From positions 1-40,095 of the forward strand of contig QKCK01000214.1 in NCBI GenBank assembly GCA_003245695.1: a stretch of DNA of 40,095 bases, written 5' to 3'. Below the pieces are notes generated by a model. The model saw only the letters and a list, made by a program, of their open reading frames with translations, was not told where the DNA came from and ran no database searches. Both the position numbers and the translations under genes were made by a program. Positions within the stretch are counted from its first letter, which is position 1. Each line of letters opens with the position of its first letter. Shown here in pieces: positions 18,101-26,497 of the stretch. The stretch comes from Bacteroidota bacterium. GTDB taxonomy: Bacteria > Bacteroidota > Bacteroidia > Bacteroidales > VadinHA17.

Positions 18101-19275
18101 CTGGCTTGTTCGCCCGATGCTGGTATGGCAGACGGATCCCAGTTATTTGCGATAAGCCATCCGTGCGACGAGCCGTTTCCGGTCCAGGTATATGACTGCA
18201 CCAGGGGCGCCTCAGCAGAGGGGTCCCATCCATCAGTACCTCCAAGAACCTTCTGGACGGTATAATCTGCTGCTTCGGTGTCAGTGAGTGCTCTGAGCCC
18301 TGCCCAGTCGGCGCGGCCGCTCATGTCGGCTCCCTCGCCTGTGTTGCTGTACTCATACAGATGCAGGTCGGTGCTTGTAGCAGCATATGTCATGTTCCAG
18401 GTGTCACCCCATCCTTCAGGGTGTATCATCGCTGTCATGTCGCAATAGAGCCATGCGACTTTAGGATATTCGTGCCATGGTCTTCCAAATCTCACCAGTT
18501 CACCGTCGTCGCCACTACGGGGGCTGCCGGTGGCATAGGTGAGGATACAACTGCTGAAGACAAAGCCATACTGTTGTCCGAGAGGTGTTGCAGGTGCAGT
18601 AATCCATCCTCCACCCCAGCTGCGTATCTCGCACGACTGAAAGAAGGCAATGGCTGCCCCGTAAATATAGTCTGTACGCCCTACTATAAGACAACCATCA
18701 AAATAACATCTTTTGCCTGCACTCCACAGGTACATTGTATCCTGATAGCTCCTGAGGTCACAGTTGACAAAGACAACCCTGTCGGCCTGAACTGTTATTG
18801 CCTGTGCCTGGCCAACAGGACCCGCAGTGTTTTGTATAGTAAGGTTCTCTGCCCTGAAGTCATCACCCTGTATTGTGAGAGTGGCAGAGGTAATAAGTAG
18901 TTCTGCAGGCCATAGCGCAGCATCGGCAGCCGGACAACGACCGCTGTATCCGTCTGTACAGTCATATAGATGATAGCTTATAATTGTCTCCTCCCTGCTC
19001 TCTCCTACCAGTGAGATTTTCTTTTTATCGGAGGGAATAATAAGCTTTTCGGTGTTGTATAATCCCCGTTTAATGAATATTATTATCACCCTGTCACTGT
19101 TTGAAGGTGCGGCATTAATGGCTGCCTGTATCGATGTGAAATCGCCGGTGCCATCAGCAGCAACAGTTATGTCAGGTTCTGCTGAAGCCATGCCGGCAAA
19201 TGTGCTGACAGGAATAAACAACAACATCAAAAACTGAAGAACGCATTTATAAACCTCCCTTCTTCCCATAACCAT
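15097..19275 (-). CDS. Multidomain pectinesterase (CE8) - beta-strand repeat region - pectate lyase (PL1) with T9SS C-terminal sorting domain
   Basis: The CE8 domain is aa 36-352 (nt about 18220-19170), with motifs GLYNTE, QAQAI, YQDTMY, DYIYG and FGRPW. The central region is aa 353-855 and is rich in autotransporter-type beta-strand repeats (GTLTLNASI…LSLNGNNSNFSGKLIVSGGTVEG). The PL1 domain runs from aa 856 (nt about 15470-16710), with AFPGAEGYG, TIAGQTAPGDGI, IDHCSMSW and SRNPR. The last 77 aa or so (nt 15100-15330) look like a T9SS CTD (…SGTYIAKIHDVNKMALTKKFVKY). Confidence 0.85.
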   Translation of the reverse strand: MVMGRREVYKCVLQFLMLLFIPVSTFAGMASAEPDITVAADGTGDFTSIQAAINAAPSNSDRVIIIFIKRGLYNTEKLIIPSDKKKISLVGESREETIISYHLYDCTDGYSGRCPAADAALWPAELLITSATLTIQGDDFRAENLTIQNTAGPVGQAQAITVQADRVVFVNCDLRSYQDTMYLWSAGKRCYFDGCLIVGRTDYIYGAAIAFFQSCEIRSWGGGWITAPATPLGQQYGFVFSSCILTYATGSPRSGDDGELVRFGRPWHEYPKVAWLYCDMTAMIHPEGWGDTWNMTYAATSTDLHLYEYSNTGEGADMSGRADWAGLRALTDTEAADYTVQKVLGGTDGWDPSAEAPLVQSYTWTGNGSSHGWLIANNWDPSAIPASGEQASVLSADTIMADGGSFVADLIMKSNAALQISGNSTATYISAGTARFISSTDVSFDGKIATKDTLRFFVTGTLTLNASINGIDEVIKLNDGILSLNGNNSNFSGKLIVSGGTVEGRVANALGKGDIELMDGSSLRITDANAFFPDSKLTVAAGASLIMDATISTSSFYIDGVMQPVGEYTSTTNPGLISGAGSIIVGRPEVFTFNGAISGLWDVPGNYSPALMPLAGEDVNCSITMETTATLYEADVHMSSPGYLRIRGNHESSGTFFMGGATSFYYNTSGTGFSLNIPVSLEGDMKLIMESSSTTGSTMTLGGSFTGPYKVTALNNGKGVVNNATVILAGDNSSFAGTWSLTQYSTKYPDVQGYVTYIDGQSDHAFGSGKIEVGYSNRVIFSNPNAVGTTLTMSLGTDARAVLNTDLSLTGYTLNGTKVADGVYSASTNPEYYEGTGTITVTGGTTEPDPEEGIRAFPGAEGYGKMTTGGRGGRVYYVTTIEDNSSEGSLRYAINQTGPRIILFKVSGTIQLNSDLEIKNGDLTIAGQTAPGDGICIRDYPVTVEADNVIIRFIRFRLGDESLQEADALGGRFHKNIIIDHCSMSWSVDECVSFYENEMFTLQWCIISESLRNSVHDKGSHGYGGIWGGRGASFHHNLLAHHDSRNPRLGEVADDPFALSDLVDLRNNVIYNWQGNSCYGGEAMNANIVNCYYKPGPATTKIERIISIDKILTETSQLYNIWGKFYIEGNYMSASARATNDNWTYGVYNQFNSKYGEVAEEEKNAMRLSEPLPSYGITTHTAVDAYAKVLAYAGASLVRDVVDTRIVSEVTNGNATYMDGGNGSINGIIDTQAAVGGWPLLNSSPAPDDTDNDGMPDYWETANSLNYLDPDDAQLTTVEGIYPNIEVYINQLVESITENQNKDGVMTTIIPVPSCDMVTEVWFNNVTGELIVNHSSDLDTVMIYSLSGALISCVKVKGNSLNLPLHNLKSGTYIAKIHDVNKMALTKKFVKY

Positions 19276-19322
19276 ATACTTATAGCGTTAAACAACTTCA
19301 AATTGTTATGGTATCATCCTTC

Positions 19323-19347
19323 AGGCCGGCAGAAATACTGCCGGCCT
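19323..19347 (-). terminator. Strong intra-operon GC hairpin (attenuator, processing or stability element)
   Basis: A 10-bp perfect GC-rich stem, AGGCCGGCAG / CTGCCGGCCT, with loop AAATA. It lies in the 111-nt gap between the FN3/beta-helix gene and the CE8-PL1 gene. No clear U-run follows on the minus strand. Confidence 0.35.
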
Positions 19348-19386
19348 TCAGAGATGATCAATGTTAACCTTGTTTCACAGAATGCA

Positions 19387-21012
19387 TTATGGTCTCCACC
19401 TCGGATCACCTGCATTATCCTTCCCTGCAAAAGATGAATCGAGGAAATGGAAGTCGCGTGTCGTCTCCGGATCAACCCAAAGTGCTGTTGATGCACCCGA
19501 ATATGCTGTCATGTAACTCTTGATAGGATATGTGGTACCGTCATTAAAATCACTGGTATAGTAAGAACCCGTGAAAGAGAGTACCATTGTATTAGGTCTG
19601 ATGCCATTTGCAACCAAAGAAGTATTTCCGAAAACACAGTTGTTAATAGCAATGGTGCCAGTGCTGGTAGTGTTATTCATATCGATGATATACCTTCCTG
19701 ATGAAGCATCCTGTGCCAGCTGATTGAAGGTACAGTCAGAGATAGTTATACCATCACAGGCAATACCGCTTGAGTATGTAATGATTGCTCCCCTGGTGTA
19801 ATAGATGGTAGAGTTGGTGATGTCAATCTTATATATTGTAGATGCGGCATTACTTGAGTTTATGACTCCGTAGTTTGATCCGAAGGCATAATCATATAAT
19901 ATGCAATCATTAATAGTTATAGCGTTGACAACCTGTGTTGCGGTACCACGCAGACGAATAAGATGACGGTCAAAGTCTCTCATTACACATCCTTCATACT
20001 TAATTTCACCAATTGTGCAGGGCAAAGCCACATCCTGGTCAAACATACCTCTGAGTCTGGGATTGGCGTTATTATTGTCAGGATATCCGCATATCTCAAT
20101 GTTTTCGAACACCAGCGAATCAGAAGCAGTAAGGGCAGCATCAATGTTAAACATATGATATGTAGCAGCATCCAGAACTGTATACATCAGCGGCAGGTCA
20201 GTGTCATAGAGGCCTCTGATCTTAATGCTCTTTGTAAGATTTATAGGACCGGTGAAGCTGTATGATGTTCCATTGGTAAGTATCAGCACTCCGCCTGCAG
20301 GCAGCGCAGTTATTGCAGTTGCCAGGTCTTCACCGGCGCCAAGGAGGAGATCACCTTCTATTACGAGGTTTATCTTTCCCCGTGAGAAAGTCCCGTTCAT
20401 CAGTCTGATCTCATAGCCTCCGTTGGGAACATCAGATAAAGTCTTCTCCCCGGCAGCAATTTCGCCTGCTGTAAGTGTATAGGAAGTCTGGTTGGTACCC
20501 TCTACAAAGAGAAGAGCGGTGGCAGTGACACCAGGTTCCCAATGTATTATGCATTGGTTGAGGCCTGTCATATAACTTTCGTAACCCGAGAATTTATTTT
20601 CAGGCCATGTACGAAAAATCACTGTCGCCCATTTTGATTCATCCACTCCTTCGAGTGAGCTGACTGCTTTAACCCTGGATGAGAACTCCGTATCACCGGC
20701 AGGCATAACATAGTCAAAGCTCTGTGTTGTCTCCTCTGATGCTTCCAGTTCAGCAGAATAAATCAGGGATGCTTCTGCAAAGTCAGACCCCTCGTACAAT
20801 TCAAGCACGTAATGATCTATGTTCTTTGCTGTAGTCCATGATACTGTAACAGTTGTAACCTTTGTCACAACAGCTGACAGGTCAAGGGGGGTGAAGGCTC
20901 TGTCAAAGGTAAGTTCCTCGACAACCGGGTCAATATCTTCCTTACATGCAGTAAAGGAGAGCATTGCAAATAACCCTATAAATAATCCAATATTTATAAA
21001 TCTCTTTTTCAT
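19387..21012 (-). CDS. PUL accessory surface lipoprotein: two FN3-like domains plus a parallel beta-helix (DUF4957/DUF5123-like)
   Basis: The track ORF starts at 21048 and overlaps the SusD stop. The ATG at 21012 gives MKKRFINIGLFIGLFAMLSFTAC, a lipoprotein signal. FN3-like sequence VTVSWTTAKNIDHYVLELYEG is followed by repetitive N/T/I-rich beta-helix turns and a C-terminal …AGDPRWRP. It sits immediately after SusD. The family name is from memory. Confidence 0.65.
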   Translation of the reverse strand: MKKRFINIGLFIGLFAMLSFTACKEDIDPVVEELTFDRAFTPLDLSAVVTKVTTVTVSWTTAKNIDHYVLELYEGSDFAEASLIYSAELEASEETTQSFDYVMPAGDTEFSSRVKAVSSLEGVDESKWATVIFRTWPENKFSGYESYMTGLNQCIIHWEPGVTATALLFVEGTNQTSYTLTAGEIAAGEKTLSDVPNGGYEIRLMNGTFSRGKINLVIEGDLLLGAGEDLATAITALPAGGVLILTNGTSYSFTGPINLTKSIKIRGLYDTDLPLMYTVLDAATYHMFNIDAALTASDSLVFENIEICGYPDNNNANPRLRGMFDQDVALPCTIGEIKYEGCVMRDFDRHLIRLRGTATQVVNAITINDCILYDYAFGSNYGVINSSNAASTIYKIDITNSTIYYTRGAIITYSSGIACDGITISDCTFNQLAQDASSGRYIIDMNNTTSTGTIAINNCVFGNTSLVANGIRPNTMVLSFTGSYYTSDFNDGTTYPIKSYMTAYSGASTALWVDPETTRDFHFLDSSFAGKDNAGDPRWRP

Positions 21013-21031
21013 AAGTAACAATTTAGAATTG

Positions 21032-22843
21032 TTAGTAGCCATAATCATTTTTCAGCATCCCGTTGCTGGCATCAATAAACACCTGCCAAATTGGCCAGAA
21101 TTGATACAGGTCGGGGTCGTTTGTATAGAGAGTCCCTATTTTAGCAGCATCCAGTTTATCCGGGCTTACGTACTCTGAATTATATGTGTATTCTGCCGTC
21201 ATATCTGCAGTCTCGCCCCTGTTCAACCCATATATCTCAAGTGATTCGCCGTCGGAGGCATAGCGGTAATATATCGTTGAGGGGACATCAGAATAATCGC
21301 CTGTCATGTTACTCAGGTCAGCCATTTTGGTCTTTGCCTCTTCCATTTTTTCACCGAGCAGATTCCAGCGTATCAGTGCCTGTTTGCGTACCAGTTCACC
21401 ACAGAATTCGAAAGCGTGTTCATTTACAATAGCATCAAACATCTGTGTTTTGCTGGTGATGGCAGCCAGATAATTGTCAACCTTTGCCGTCCAGTCATCA
21501 GAGTTGAATGCTCTCTGGCGGATCTGTTTCAGATATTTCTTTGCCTCAGGCAGGTTATCCTGTTCATTATATATCTCGGCAGCCATGAGCAATACCTCTG
21601 CATAGCGGATATAAACAAAATTCAGTCCGTCATCATTTGTAGACTCTACTCGTCTGTTCATCCATTCATAACGAAGTTTCCCGTAATACCATGTATTGAC
21701 AGTAGGAGAAGAGCCTGTGCCTTCATTAAGTACCTGTTTTGAAACACTGTTTACTGCCGTACCCCAGAAATAAGGCACGCAAGTCACATCGCGTCTTGTA
21801 TCCTTTACATCATAATCATAGAATAGTGTTGGTACGGGGCCGAATACTCCGCCCTGACCCTGACCTGTATACTGGTCGGAGCTTCTGTGTCTTACTGCAT
21901 AGGTATATGCAACGCGTCCACGGCCGGCAGCAAAAGGTATCTCCCATAGTGATTCGTATCCTGCCGGATCAAGCACATCATTGGCATCCTCACACACCTT
22001 CCTCCATAGACCTTCAAAAGTAGGTTCGAGCTGTGCGGCGCCGGATTTTTCGATAATATCAAGACAATCCTGCAAAGCAATTGGATAAAGGACATCAACA
22101 GCCAGCTCAGGGTCAGTGCTCCTTCTTATGCCATCAGGATACTGAGAATAGCCTGCAGCAGCCATACAGAGGCGTGCACGTAAAGCTTTCACAAATGATT
22201 TGGTTATATCCTCGGTGGTGGTGGTACGAGAGTTTTCATTAGGCCATCCAACAAGATCAGCAGCCTCACCAAGATCAGCAATAACCTGTTTATAAATTTC
22301 ATCACGGCTTGACTTAGCCAGATACATAGTCTCTGAAGAGATAGGTTCAAAACGGGCTACAACATCACCCCAGGCTCTGAGCAGGTCAGCATAGTAAACT
22401 GATCTCAGGGTCAGCGCTTCTCCCAACAACTGACCCATCTCGGTCCCAGGCTCGGGATTACCATAGGTCCGGAGACCCCTGATACAAATATTGGCCCTCT
22501 CAATACCCGTATACATCATCGCCCAGGCATTGTTTGTTGAATTCATATCAGTGTTATTGGCAAAATTCACATACCGGGAGAGATCCCCTCTGGCACTTGA
22601 TGAAGTAGAGTTCATCCACTCTATATCAGTATTTGAACCATAGTGTGTGAGGAAACGTCCCCTGTAAGAGTTTGTCTGGCCGAATGGCTCATATATCCCA
22701 TCTAAAGCCAGGGCAGCCATAGCCGGATTTGAAAAGATCACTGACTCATCCATCGTCGACTTGGATGAAACGTCAAGAAAGTCTTCGCATGATACCAGAA
22801 AACATGCAAAAACCAGAGTGAGTATATATAATATTTTTTTCAT
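21032..22843 (-). CDS. SusD-like (RagB/SusD family) glycan-binding outer-membrane lipoprotein
   Basis: Lipobox FACFLVSC. SusD-typical segments RSVYYADLLRAWGDV and IRYAEVLLMAAEIYN. It starts 19 nt downstream of the SusC-like stop. Confidence 0.9.
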   Translation of the reverse strand: MKKILYILTLVFACFLVSCEDFLDVSSKSTMDESVIFSNPAMAALALDGIYEPFGQTNSYRGRFLTHYGSNTDIEWMNSTSSSARGDLSRYVNFANNTDMNSTNNAWAMMYTGIERANICIRGLRTYGNPEPGTEMGQLLGEALTLRSVYYADLLRAWGDVVARFEPISSETMYLAKSSRDEIYKQVIADLGEAADLVGWPNENSRTTTTEDITKSFVKALRARLCMAAAGYSQYPDGIRRSTDPELAVDVLYPIALQDCLDIIEKSGAAQLEPTFEGLWRKVCEDANDVLDPAGYESLWEIPFAAGRGRVAYTYAVRHRSSDQYTGQGQGGVFGPVPTLFYDYDVKDTRRDVTCVPYFWGTAVNSVSKQVLNEGTGSSPTVNTWYYGKLRYEWMNRRVESTNDDGLNFVYIRYAEVLLMAAEIYNEQDNLPEAKKYLKQIRQRAFNSDDWTAKVDNYLAAITSKTQMFDAIVNEHAFEFCGELVRKQALIRWNLLGEKMEEAKTKMADLSNMTGDYSDVPSTIYYRYASDGESLEIYGLNRGETADMTAEYTYNSEYVSPDKLDAAKIGTLYTNDPDLYQFWPIWQVFIDASNGMLKNDYGY

Positions 22844-22862
22844 GTTAATCTATTTATGCAGA

Positions 22863-25800
22863 TTAGAAAGTAAGGTTAAGACCAAACAATATCTGTCTGC
22901 TCTTTGGATATGCTGAATAATCTACTCCCGGAGTAAGTGGTGTGTTTCTCCTTGATGAAACTTCAGGATCAAATCCCGAATAGTTTGTCAGACAGAAAAC
23001 GTTATAGGCTGAAACATATAACCTCATATTCTGAACATATGCCTTCTTCACAATCTCTTTGGGAATGGTATATCCAAGTGAGATAGTGTTAAGACGGAGA
23101 TATGAGCCATCCTCTACTGCCCAGTCGGTTAAAATACGACGTGACATAAAAGGTGACCACATAGTGGTGTTTTTATTCATTGTTGCAAGTGTAGCCGGGT
23201 CATTAACCAGCTCACCGGTTGCCTCATCAAGATTAGTCCATCGTTTACCATCAGTCATAACGTCAATCATATTGTAGAATGGATATCTTGCTGTGGTATA
23301 CTGGATTTTATTTGCATTGTATATATCATTGCCGAGACTCCAGCTGAAGACAGCCGAGAGATCAAAACCATGATATCGGGCATTAATGTTAAAACCACCT
23401 GTGTGAACCGGGTTTGCATTTCCAATGACAGTACAATCTGAAGAAGTTATATATCCGTCATCAGAGGTTGAATTCGGATCATCATATATCTCTTTCAGTT
23501 TCATACTTCCAGGTCTGATTGTTCCGACAATTTTTGATGCATCAGCAACACCTGCTTTCAACACCCAGGTATCTGAAGCTTCATCATAGCTGTCAAAATC
23601 AGAGACCTCATACCTGCCATCACTCAGATAACCATACATCTGACCAACAGATCCACCCTTTGCTATGCGGTAATCCCCGATAATCTCGGTAGAAGCCCAA
23701 CTGGTTGAGACGCCAAAGTCATCCATAGTACCTATTGATACAATCTTGTTTTTGTTGAAGCCGATATTGAATCCCACATTAATGGCAAAGTCCTTTTTAT
23801 CAATAATAACAGCGTTAATAGCAATTTCTAAACCCCTGTTCTCTGTCTCTCCCATGTTTCTGTACTGACTGTTATATCCTGTACCTGATGTGATAAACTC
23901 AATAAGCAGGTCTTTTGTGGTATTGTAATACATCTCAAAACTACCTGAGAGACGGTCTTTGAAAAGACCAAAGTCAAGACCTACGTTACGTGTATATGTT
24001 GTCTCCCATTTAAGATCAGGATTTGCCATCCTTGTTGCCGGTGACCAGTAGGTTGAGACCCCATTGATCCATGAGGTACTGCCTGAGGTAAATATCTGTG
24101 CAATCTGGTTTGAAGGTATATTATTATTACCTGCAGTACCATAGCTCACTCTCAGTTTAAGATTGTTGATAGTTGAAGAGATCCCCTTCATAAAGTCTTC
24201 TTCTGATATTCTCCATGCCAGAGCAGCCGAAGGGAAATAGCCCCATTGGTTTCCTTTCATGAATTTGCTGGAGCCGTCTGCACGGAAGGTGCCCGTCAAA
24301 AGATACTTTCCTTTATAATCATAATTAATACGGCCAAAGAATGAGAGCATCTTATTGTCCGGATCATAAGTATCAGTATACCTGTTGGAGAAACCAAGAG
24401 ATGTTAATCTGTATGCCTCTTTTGCAGTGAAGAACATCGGGAATCCCCATACCTGATTAAATAAGGTATTTGATTCGGTAACAATTACCTCCTGACCAAC
24501 CAACAGTTTCAGTGAGTGGTCGGTGTTGCCAAGGAGCCCTTTCAGATCGTAAGTAAGGGTGTTTGTATTTCTCAGACTCCTGCTCTTATCTTCATTTGAC
24601 TCCAGAGCCGGGGCTTTCTGATATGTTGAAGTAGGTGTATTATCAACATAGTATGTAGTAAGGCCATAATAGCGGTCGTCATTATCGATGTAATAATCGA
24701 GACCTGCTTCAGTTCTGAATCTGAGGTTTTTTACTATCTCCCATGAGAAGCTTGCTCCCATGTTGAATCTCTTCCGTAGCTGTCTGCGGTCATTGTCACG
24801 TACATTATAGAATGGATATACCAGCTGAGTGGAGACCTCCTCATCTTCAAAGTCACCAATTGATGTAAATGGTATTGGGAAATATACCATTGCGTTGTTC
24901 AAACGGGCATCGGACGGTGTTGCGTTACTCTGGTCAGTGCCACCGGCACCAAATATCTGTGTGTCAGAGTAGCGCATTGAAAATGCAAGTTCAACCTTCT
25001 CATTTGGATTGTGATTCAGTTTCAGAGAGAAGTTATCACGCTTATATGATGAGTTAAGCATTATCTCATCAGTCCTGAGTCCTGCATAACTGAATGCATA
25101 TCTCAGCTTTTCAGAACCGCCTGTTATGCTCAGGTCGTGGTTCAGTGTTGTACCAACATATCCGAATATCTGATCATACCAGTTTGTGCTTGGCTGGTTA
25201 TCAAACAGGTCAATATCCTGATATTTACCAAAGATTTTCTCATAACGTTCCAGGTTTTCACTCAGTAACGCATACTCGTACTGCCATTTGACATAGTCGG
25301 CAACACCGAGCGTATTAAGATGATTCGCTGCTTTTTTAAAACCGTAGTATGCATTGTAAGTTACCTTTGTCACTCCCTTCTCACCGCTTTTGGTGGTAAT
25401 GATTATTACACCGTTAGCACCTCTGGCACCATAAATAGCAGTTGAAGAAGCATCCTTCAGTACGTCTATTGACTGTATCTCTGAGGAAGGGATATCAGTA
25501 ATACTGTTAACCGGGAAGCCATCTACAATATATAAAGGAGCATTATCCTGTGTTATTGAACCACCACCACGGACACGGATCATAACCTCCGCATCTGGAG
25601 AGCCTTCAGTTGTCACAACCTGTACCCCGGCCATCTTACCGGTAAGAGCCTCGGCTGCTGTTGAGACCGGTACCTGGGCCAGATCCTGACCTTTAACAGA
25701 AGATACAGAACCGGTAATATCTTTTCTTGATACTGTTCCGTATCCAATCACCACCACTTCATCAAGCAGACTACTTGAGGGATGGATTGAGGCATCAACG

Positions 25801-26117
25801 GTAGTGCGACCCTCAACAGGTACTTCGAGCGGCTCGTATCCCACATATGAAAAGATAAGAACAGCATCAGGAGGACAGTCAGGCATTGTATAAATGCCAT
25901 CAATATCTGTTACTACCCCCCGTATTGTACCTTTAATGATAACATTCAGGCCAATCATCGTTTCCCCTGTCTGAGAATCAGTAACCTTACCTTTCACTGT
26001 TATATTCTGTGAAAAGCCCGGCAATGATACCATGAACAGGGCAAATATCAGCAATACCCTCAGACAGGGATTACCCCGCCCGGGTACCTTTTTAATTTTA
26101 TTGGTTAGTTTACACAT
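22863..26117 (-). CDS. SusC-like TonB-dependent outer-membrane transporter
   Basis: 1084 aa. It has a carboxypeptidase-regulatory-like N-domain (ITVKGKVTDSQTGETMIGLNVIIKGT), a TonB box/plug (DEVVVIGYGTVSRKD), a long beta-barrel region and a terminal aromatic residue (…LFGLNLTF). Confidence 0.92.
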   Translation of the reverse strand: MCKLTNKIKKVPGRGNPCLRVLLIFALFMVSLPGFSQNITVKGKVTDSQTGETMIGLNVIIKGTIRGVVTDIDGIYTMPDCPPDAVLIFSYVGYEPLEVPVEGRTTVDASIHPSSSLLDEVVVIGYGTVSRKDITGSVSSVKGQDLAQVPVSTAAEALTGKMAGVQVVTTEGSPDAEVMIRVRGGGSITQDNAPLYIVDGFPVNSITDIPSSEIQSIDVLKDASSTAIYGARGANGVIIITTKSGEKGVTKVTYNAYYGFKKAANHLNTLGVADYVKWQYEYALLSENLERYEKIFGKYQDIDLFDNQPSTNWYDQIFGYVGTTLNHDLSITGGSEKLRYAFSYAGLRTDEIMLNSSYKRDNFSLKLNHNPNEKVELAFSMRYSDTQIFGAGGTDQSNATPSDARLNNAMVYFPIPFTSIGDFEDEEVSTQLVYPFYNVRDNDRRQLRKRFNMGASFSWEIVKNLRFRTEAGLDYYIDNDDRYYGLTTYYVDNTPTSTYQKAPALESNEDKSRSLRNTNTLTYDLKGLLGNTDHSLKLLVGQEVIVTESNTLFNQVWGFPMFFTAKEAYRLTSLGFSNRYTDTYDPDNKMLSFFGRINYDYKGKYLLTGTFRADGSSKFMKGNQWGYFPSAALAWRISEEDFMKGISSTINNLKLRVSYGTAGNNNIPSNQIAQIFTSGSTSWINGVSTYWSPATRMANPDLKWETTYTRNVGLDFGLFKDRLSGSFEMYYNTTKDLLIEFITSGTGYNSQYRNMGETENRGLEIAINAVIIDKKDFAINVGFNIGFNKNKIVSIGTMDDFGVSTSWASTEIIGDYRIAKGGSVGQMYGYLSDGRYEVSDFDSYDEASDTWVLKAGVADASKIVGTIRPGSMKLKEIYDDPNSTSDDGYITSSDCTVIGNANPVHTGGFNINARYHGFDLSAVFSWSLGNDIYNANKIQYTTARYPFYNMIDVMTDGKRWTNLDEATGELVNDPATLATMNKNTTMWSPFMSRRILTDWAVEDGSYLRLNTISLGYTIPKEIVKKAYVQNMRLYVSAYNVFCLTNYSGFDPEVSSRRNTPLTPGVDYSAYPKSRQILFGLNLTF

Positions 26118-26337
26118 AGATTAATAGATTTGGGTTAGTTTTTCATTTATTATTCATGTTTTGTTGGTTTTTATCTTCTGCTTTGATTAAAGAACTAACA
26201 GCACCAAGGCTATTATAGAACAAACAAGCCCAAGAAAGAGGAGAACAATAAACCAATTCAACCTCTTTATATCATCCTTTCCGTGTTTCATTGTATGCAA
26301 ATCACTTCAGGCAAGATAGTGCTAAGAGAAAAGAAGA

Positions 26338-26389
26338 GGTCTGATTTTCTTCCCAAAGATGGGGGTCTGATTTCCCCTCAGAGGGAAAT
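26338..26389 (-). promoter_or_regulatory. Direct repeat pair plus palindrome upstream of SusC (candidate regulator-binding region)
   Basis: The exact 10-mer GGTCTGATTT occurs at 26338-26347 and 26364-26373. A 7-bp-arm palindrome ATTTCCC-N6-GGGAAAT lies at 26370-26389. Both are 220-270 nt upstream of the SusC start codon. Confidence 0.25.
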
Positions 26390-26497
26390 AAATCTCAAAA
26401 TACAGGGCTGTTTTTCTCAAAACAAATAACAAAACATGCAGAAAAACAATCTTATTTAACTGTTATCATGATACTTAGGGCAGGACAATCACCAAAG

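Noticed and set aside
19314-19496. 60-aa minus-strand ORF spanning the intergenic hairpin and the 3' end of the FN3/beta-helix gene
   Set aside because: It overlaps a supported CDS in another frame, and its 3' end is simply the GC hairpin read as codons. No motifs.
26125-26132. Plus-strand TAGATTTG (TAnnTTTG box) 8 nt from the SusC start codon, pointing antisense to the susC 5' UTR; this could drive a PUL-associated cis-antisense sRNA
   Set aside because: It is a single 8-mer with six specified bases, which is expected about 20 times by chance in 40 kb on two strands. There is no clear -33 element or downstream terminator. It is worth checking only if RNA-seq data exist.
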